Shown: in pieces, positions 59,973-64,000 of the stretch
Layout: every line of letters begins with the position of its first letter
Numbering within the stretch: position 1 is the stretch's first letter
Virus record (IMG/VR): IMGVR_UViG_3300042507_005574
DNA length: 64,000 nt
Strand: one strand, 5' to 3'
Source of the DNA: a virus
Notes under the pieces: generated by a model
What the model was told of the DNA's origin: nothing
The model's input: the letters and a program-made list of their open reading frames with translations, nothing else
Database searches by the model: none
Made by a program: the position numbers and the translations under genes

Positions 59973-60542
59973 ATGAGAGTTTATGGAATAGATTATTCTA
60001 TGACTTCTCCAGCCATTTGTTTATTTGATGGTGAGGAGTGGTCTGTAAGATACTTGACTTCAACTTCACGACATGTGAAAGAATATCAATTTCAAACTTT
60101 AATGGGTAAGATTAGTATAGTTGGAGACCCACACAAGGAATTGTGGAAAACTCAAGAGCATAGATTTCATGATATTTCAGAATGGGCGATGGCTTGTATT
60201 GATGATGTTCATGCTAAAATCGTGATAGAAGATTATGCCATGGGGTCTAAAGGTAAAGTTTTCCACATAGCAGAAAACTGCGGCTTGTTGAAACACAAAC
60301 TGTGGAGTGAGGGTTTCAAGTTTGAGACAATCGCACCAACATCTTTAAAGAAATTCGCTACAGGTAAAGGCAATTCTAATAAAGACATCATGCATGCTCA
60401 CTTTATTAAAGACACAGGGGTCGATCTCATGAAAGAGATGACCCCTAATGCCAAGGACTGCATCAGTCCAGTTTCAGATGTGGTTGACTCGTTTTACTTA
60501 GCCAAATGGGCTAATCATACGGCCAAAGATCTCGTTGTGTAG
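59973..60542 (+). CDS. RuvC-like (RNase H fold) Holliday junction resolvase/nuclease
   Basis: GIDYSMTSPA, IEDYAM, KKFATGKGNSNK and DVVDS acidic motifs. Start 59973 is preferred because 59955 lies inside the uvsY promoter. Confidence 0.75.
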   Translation: MRVYGIDYSMTSPAICLFDGEEWSVRYLTSTSRHVKEYQFQTLMGKISIVGDPHKELWKTQEHRFHDISEWAMACIDDVHAKIVIEDYAMGSKGKVFHIAENCGLLKHKLWSEGFKFETIAPTSLKKFATGKGNSNKDIMHAHFIKDTGVDLMKEMTPNAKDCISPVSDVVDSFYLAKWANHTAKDLVV

Positions 60543-60952
60543 ATTTTAGGGAAAGCCTTTTCAACCATTTCCTTATCGATTCCGTATGAATACTTGAAAG
60601 ATCCCTCAAACATAGACTTGAGCATTTCCGTTTCCTTTTTGGAAATGGATTCAAGAATCTGAATCAGGATTTCATCCTTTCGTTTAGCGGAAAGGTTGTA
60701 TTCTTCTTTGAAAATGTAAAGTCTTCGAACTTCAGCCCAAAGCGAAGATGGTGCTAATCCATCAGGACTGCCGTCTTCGGTGAAATCCGGTAGGGTCTTT
60801 CTATACCAAGAAGTTCCATCGAATGCATATTTCAACAGTTCTCGCATGGCTATTGTGTTATTTGCTTGAAGACCACGAACAATATCTTGCGGTCCTTTGG
60901 CCTTGTTCTTAATATCAATTAGAATTTCTGCAATAGTTAAATTCGCTGACAT
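60515..60952 (-). CDS. Conserved T4-like hypothetical protein
   Basis: LKYAFD, SSLW.EVRRLYIF, EILIQILE and VEKAFP motifs; typically lies next to rnh. Confidence 0.7.
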   Translation of the reverse strand: MSANLTIAEILIDIKNKAKGPQDIVRGLQANNTIAMRELLKYAFDGTSWYRKTLPDFTEDGSPDGLAPSSLWAEVRRLYIFKEEYNLSAKRKDEILIQILESISKKETEMLKSMFEGSFKYSYGIDKEMVEKAFPKIYTTRSLAV

Positions 60953-60954
60953 GT

Positions 60955-61794
60955 TTAAAACTCCTGTAAGTGTTCAATAAGCAAACGCATATTGTTTTCT
61001 ATCATATATGGTAATATCTTTGATCGATTGCCTTCAGAAGGGACTTCGAATTCACGCATAATTGCGGTTTCAATTCTATCCGGAATTCGTGAAAAATCGA
61101 TCATGGTCTTGTTGCGTTCGTAGTTTCGAAGCATTTCATCTGTGCAGAATGTATTTAGCGGAACCTGAATCCATTCAACAAGTTTCTTCTCGTAAATGGG
61201 TTTTTGTCGTTTACTTTCGACAAAAACAGAATCGTCCGATAGGAAATTGGGAACTCCATCGCCACTATCTCCCTTCATGATATGGCGTATAAGTTCCTCT
61301 CTAGGATTTTCGCAGACGATAAATTCTTTCGTCCGAGGACACCATTGCTTCACATTCGGCAGGCTCTGTAGTTGGAAGAAGTCGTGGTCTGACGATACAA
61401 TCAGATGCTTCCCTTCAAGATTCTTTGAAAGGACTGCAATGATGTCATCACCTTCACACGAATCAACTTCCATCAGTTTATAGGGGAAGACATCCTTCAA
61501 CTCTTTTTTGATCTGACGCAGAATGTCCCATAACTGATCCCAGTTAATATCGGACTCTTCCCTAACCTTTTTTCGATTGGCCTTGTATTGTGGAAAGATA
61601 TCCTTGCGCCACGCCCGTACACGGGAGTCATAACACAAAACTGGTTCGCCGTATTCACTTGAGAACTTGAGTCTGATAAGTCTAACGCTATTCACTACCA
61701 TATGACGAATGAGACCAATATCCATATTGGGCTTGCCCTTAGACTCAGCCATCAAGTTGGCAATAGTGATTTGATTCATGTCCAAAAGGATCAT
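60955..61794 (-). CDS. rnh: T4-like RNase H / 5'-3' exonuclease
   Basis: MILLDMNQ, WRKDIFPQYKANR, EGDDII, SSDHDF.QL and GDSGDGVPN. Start moved to 61794 because 61830 is the promoter -35. Confidence 0.92.
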   Translation of the reverse strand: MILLDMNQITIANLMAESKGKPNMDIGLIRHMVVNSVRLIRLKFSSEYGEPVLCYDSRVRAWRKDIFPQYKANRKKVREESDINWDQLWDILRQIKKELKDVFPYKLMEVDSCEGDDIIAVLSKNLEGKHLIVSSDHDFFQLQSLPNVKQWCPRTKEFIVCENPREELIRHIMKGDSGDGVPNFLSDDSVFVESKRQKPIYEKKLVEWIQVPLNTFCTDEMLRNYERNKTMIDFSRIPDRIETAIMREFEVPSEGNRSKILPYMIENNMRLLIEHLQEF

Positions 61795-61801
61795 ACCGAA
61801 C

Positions 61802-61862
61802 AGTATACAGTCAAAAACTTTAGTTGTCAAGACTTGACAACGATTAAATATGGCTGTATATT
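61802..61862. promoter_or_regulatory. Back-to-back divergent sigma70-like promoters
   Basis: Plus: TTGACA(61834)-17nt-TATATT. Minus: TTGACA(61830)-17nt-TATACT. The -35 boxes form the inverted repeat GTTGTCAAG-A-CTTGACAAC. Confidence 0.75.
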
Positions 61863-61926
61863 ATGCGAAAGCCCAATTTGGATGTTGGGCTATCGTAAAT
61901 TTGCAAGATAGAAAATAGGATAGAAA

Positions 61927-62157
61927 ATGTCTAAGAATCATCAGGGCGTTAGTGTTCAGAAGGTTTATGTTCATTCACTGGATAAGGTTGCGACTGTTCG
62001 CAAGGTGGAAGAGGATCCTGTTTGGGGAACACAGTATTTCGTTAGTACTTACTCCCGAGAATGGGGACCGGAATTCTTTTGGGTGAAGAGTAGTGATGCA
62101 CAGCCTATGGCAACCCTTAAGGGAAGTTCGTCAAATTCTGATTCAGATGTTGACTAA
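61927..62157 (+). CDS. Hypothetical protein
   Basis: 76 aa, RBS AGGA, first gene after the divergent promoter. Confidence 0.6.
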   Translation: MSKNHQGVSVQKVYVHSLDKVATVRKVEEDPVWGTQYFVSTYSREWGPEFFWVKSSDAQPMATLKGSSSNSDSDVD

Positions 62158-62171
62158 ATACAAGTAGTACT

Positions 62172-62429
62172 ATGCCATTCTATGACTACATTTGTAGGGC
62201 TTGCAACCATGAATTCGAAGAGATGCTTCGTATTGATGATCGCAAGAAGCCAACCAAAAAGCCTTGTGAAAAATGTGGTCAAAAGAAGGTAGAACAGATA
62301 ATTAAAGAGGCTCCATCTGCTTGCGACCCTATTCGGGTTGGCAGCGTAGGCAAGGTGGATAATGGCTTCAGAGAAGTACTATCTAAAATAAAGAAAGCGC
62401 ATCCACGCCACAAAATGCGTGATTACTAG
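62172..62429 (+). CDS. FmdB-family zinc-ribbon protein
   Basis: MPFYDYICRACNHEFE...CEKCG; late promoter CTAAATA at 62154. Confidence 0.8.
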   Translation: MPFYDYICRACNHEFEEMLRIDDRKKPTKKPCEKCGQKKVEQIIKEAPSACDPIRVGSVGKVDNGFREVLSKIKKAHPRHKMRDY

Positions 62430-62431
62430 TA

Positions 62432-63115
62432 ATGAAGTTGAATTCAGTCGAATTAGAGGGTAAGGGTAGATACTATCAATCCCCAACAACACTTCGTTGG
62501 TATCCATCGGTTACCACAGTTGTCAACCATGAAATGGAAGATTTTTGGCGTGAGTGGAGGAAAAATCCACAAAATCTTGCCAATTCGAAAAAGGCATTAG
62601 CGAGAGGTAATCGTCTACATCAAGTGATGGAAGATTATCTTGGTGAAAATAAAACAATACCAACTGATCCATTCGATAGGATGAAGTTTGATCTGCTGAA
62701 GCCTTGTTTGGACAAAATAGGCAAGATTCGTGCAATTGAAACTTCAATGTGGTCAGATAAAATTTTACTTGCGGGAAGAGTAGACTGTATTGCTGAATAC
62801 GATGGCAAGTTGGCTGTAGTAGATTTTAAAACCGCAGGCAAAGACAAGAGTAAAGATCAGATTCTCAATTATTTTCATCAGACAACTGCATATGCATACA
62901 TGTGGAATCAAAACTACGATCAAGATGATTTGATTGAGAGAGTTGTCATTTTGATCGTTACGGACGATGGTACAATACAAGAATTCGTTGAGGATCCATC
63001 TGACTATAAAAAGTCAATGTTCGATGTTATAAAGACTTACTGGGATAAATATTCATTCAGAGAAGTACAGGAGATAGCAAATGAAATTCATCAAGCGACT
63101 ATTCAGTTCGGGTGA
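62432..63115 (+). CDS. PD-(D/E)XK exonuclease (T4-like phage type)
   Basis: YPSVTTV, RGNRLH, AGRVDCIA, VDFKT and Q..AY motifs. Confidence 0.85.
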   Translation: MKLNSVELEGKGRYYQSPTTLRWYPSVTTVVNHEMEDFWREWRKNPQNLANSKKALARGNRLHQVMEDYLGENKTIPTDPFDRMKFDLLKPCLDKIGKIRAIETSMWSDKILLAGRVDCIAEYDGKLAVVDFKTAGKDKSKDQILNYFHQTTAYAYMWNQNYDQDDLIERVVILIVTDDGTIQEFVEDPSDYKKSMFDVIKTYWDKYSFREVQEIANEIHQATIQFG

Positions 63116-63293
63116 AGTGTTGCCGCCAGCAAAAATTGAAAAGTATCATTGTGTTCGTTTCATGACCGAAAAGGGTGAACAACTTGGTCTTTTACTGACA
63201 CATGAAGAGTTCGAAAGAGCAGTTTTTAGATGGGTTCAGACTATAGAGTCTATGCCCATACAAGAAGATCCTGAACAGGAAGGGATGATTTAA
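63081..63293 (+). CDS. Hypothetical protein
   Basis: 70 aa, RBS AGGAG, coupled to gp33. Confidence 0.55.
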   Translation: MKFIKRLFSSGEVLPPAKIEKYHCVRFMTEKGEQLGLLLTHEEFERAVFRWVQTIESMPIQEDPEQEGMI

Positions 63294-63532
63294 TGGGATC
63301 AATTATGAATATAGATCACGACTTCTCAAAAGAAGTCGAAGAACTTACCCGAACAAGAAATAACGGTAAATACATGGAATCAATCATTGATTTGTGTGAA
63401 AAATATGGTATTGAGCCTGAGTCGGCTGCAAAGTTGCTCTCAAAACCTATCCGTGAAAAACTCAAGAGTGAATTTGAATCGTTGAATATGGTTCGTGGAA
63501 AAAGAAAAACCACGAAGTTACCTCTTGACTAA
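63293..63532 (+). CDS. 33: Late transcription coactivator gp33
   Basis: FSKEVE, YMESIIDLCEKYGIEPE..AKLLSKPIREKLK.E...LN, KLPL. Confidence 0.85.
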   Translation: MGSIMNIDHDFSKEVEELTRTRNNGKYMESIIDLCEKYGIEPESAAKLLSKPIREKLKSEFESLNMVRGKRKTTKLPLD

Positions 63533-63552
63533 TGTGATATCTTAGTTACAAT
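63525..63552 (+). promoter_or_regulatory. Sigma70-like promoter of gp32
   Basis: TTGACT-16nt-TACAAT. Confidence 0.6.
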
Positions 63553-63590
63553 TCAAACACATCGCTACACTTAAAATACAAGGAGATACA

Positions 63591-64000
63591 ATGTCATTCG
63601 CTAATTTGAAGAAAAATGCTCAAACCGGTATTGATAAACTACAGAAGGAAATGGAAAAGCAGGGCGGCAAGGAAGGTGGCTATCAAAAGGATGATCGCTT
63701 CTGGTCGCTTGAGCGAGACAAGAGTGGAAATGGTATGGCTGTGATTCGTTTTCTTCCGGCAGCCGATGGTGAAGAGATTCCCATGATTCGGGTTTTTAGT
63801 CACGGATTCCAAGGCAAGGGTGGATGGTTCATCGAAAACTGTCCAACGACACTTGGCCGCAAATGTCCTGTTTGCGAGGCAAACAATGAACTTTGGAACA
63901 GCGGCATCGAATCCAACAAGAAGATTGCCCGTGATCGTAAACGCAAGTTATCTTATATCAGCAACATTCTTGTGGTTTCCGATCCCGCAAATCGTGACAA
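63591..64000 (+). CDS. 32: Single-stranded DNA-binding protein gp32 (3' end outside window; not in ORF track)
   Basis: MSFANLKK...DDRFW..ERDKSGNG.AVIRFLP...HGFQG.GGWFIENCPTT...CPVCE...RKRKLSYISNILVV.DP; RBS AAGGAG. Confidence 0.95.
   Translation, partial: MSFANLKKNAQTGIDKLQKEMEKQGGKEGGYQKDDRFWSLERDKSGNGMAVIRFLPAADGEEIPMIRVFSHGFQGKGGWFIENCPTTLGRKCPVCEANNELWNSGIESNKKIARDRKRKLSYISNILVVSDPANRD

Noticed and set aside
62432-63115. Cas4 / CRISPR adaptation gene
   Set aside because: It is a PD-(D/E)XK nuclease lacking the four-Cys Fe-S motif, with no array or other cas genes. It is a common T4-like exonuclease.

Overview
This window is 64 kb of a large T4-like (Tevenvirinae/cyanomyovirus-type) dsDNA phage genome. 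No host chromosome is evident. It opens with a sugar-modification island (1-6346): an epimerase fragment, UDP-galactopyranose mutase, about five glycosyltransferase-like genes and two paralogous SAM methyltransferases. The island ends in a 51-bp duplication of the gp41 5' end. Next come gp41 helicase and an atypical tRNA-Ile(UAU)-like cloverleaf. A late-promoter cluster of probable head-internal (injected) proteins follows, including a KxDG ligase-like protein and a 1237-aa multi-module protein (HxGH nucleotidyltransferase, RimK ATP-grasp ligase, RimB-like protease and small modules separated by gp21-type I/L-x-E sites). After gp61 primase and thyX lies a ~20-kb block of fibre/adhesin genes built from shared, near-identical repeat modules; one ~2380-codon fibre gene is split by a single-base deletion. 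Then come class II ribonucleotide reductase, two very large proteins (one very Cys-rich) that look like degenerate hydrolases, an inverted block (gp46, gp47, gp55, uvsW, uvsY, rnh) with an antisense RuvC-like gene, and finally an exonuclease, gp33 and the start of gp32. Late genes are preceded by (C/A)TAAATA promoters and replication genes by sigma70-like promoters. The two strongest candidates for undescribed biology are (1) a capsid-packaged, protease-processed translation/RNA-modifying payload (ligase-like protein, NTase, RimK/RimB) encoded next to an odd tRNA, and (2) a possible virion O-glycosylation system, in which a G-x-T-(G/A) motif pervades the predicted structural proteins and the phage carries its own glycosylation island. 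All family assignments come from motif recognition by eye; no searches were run.
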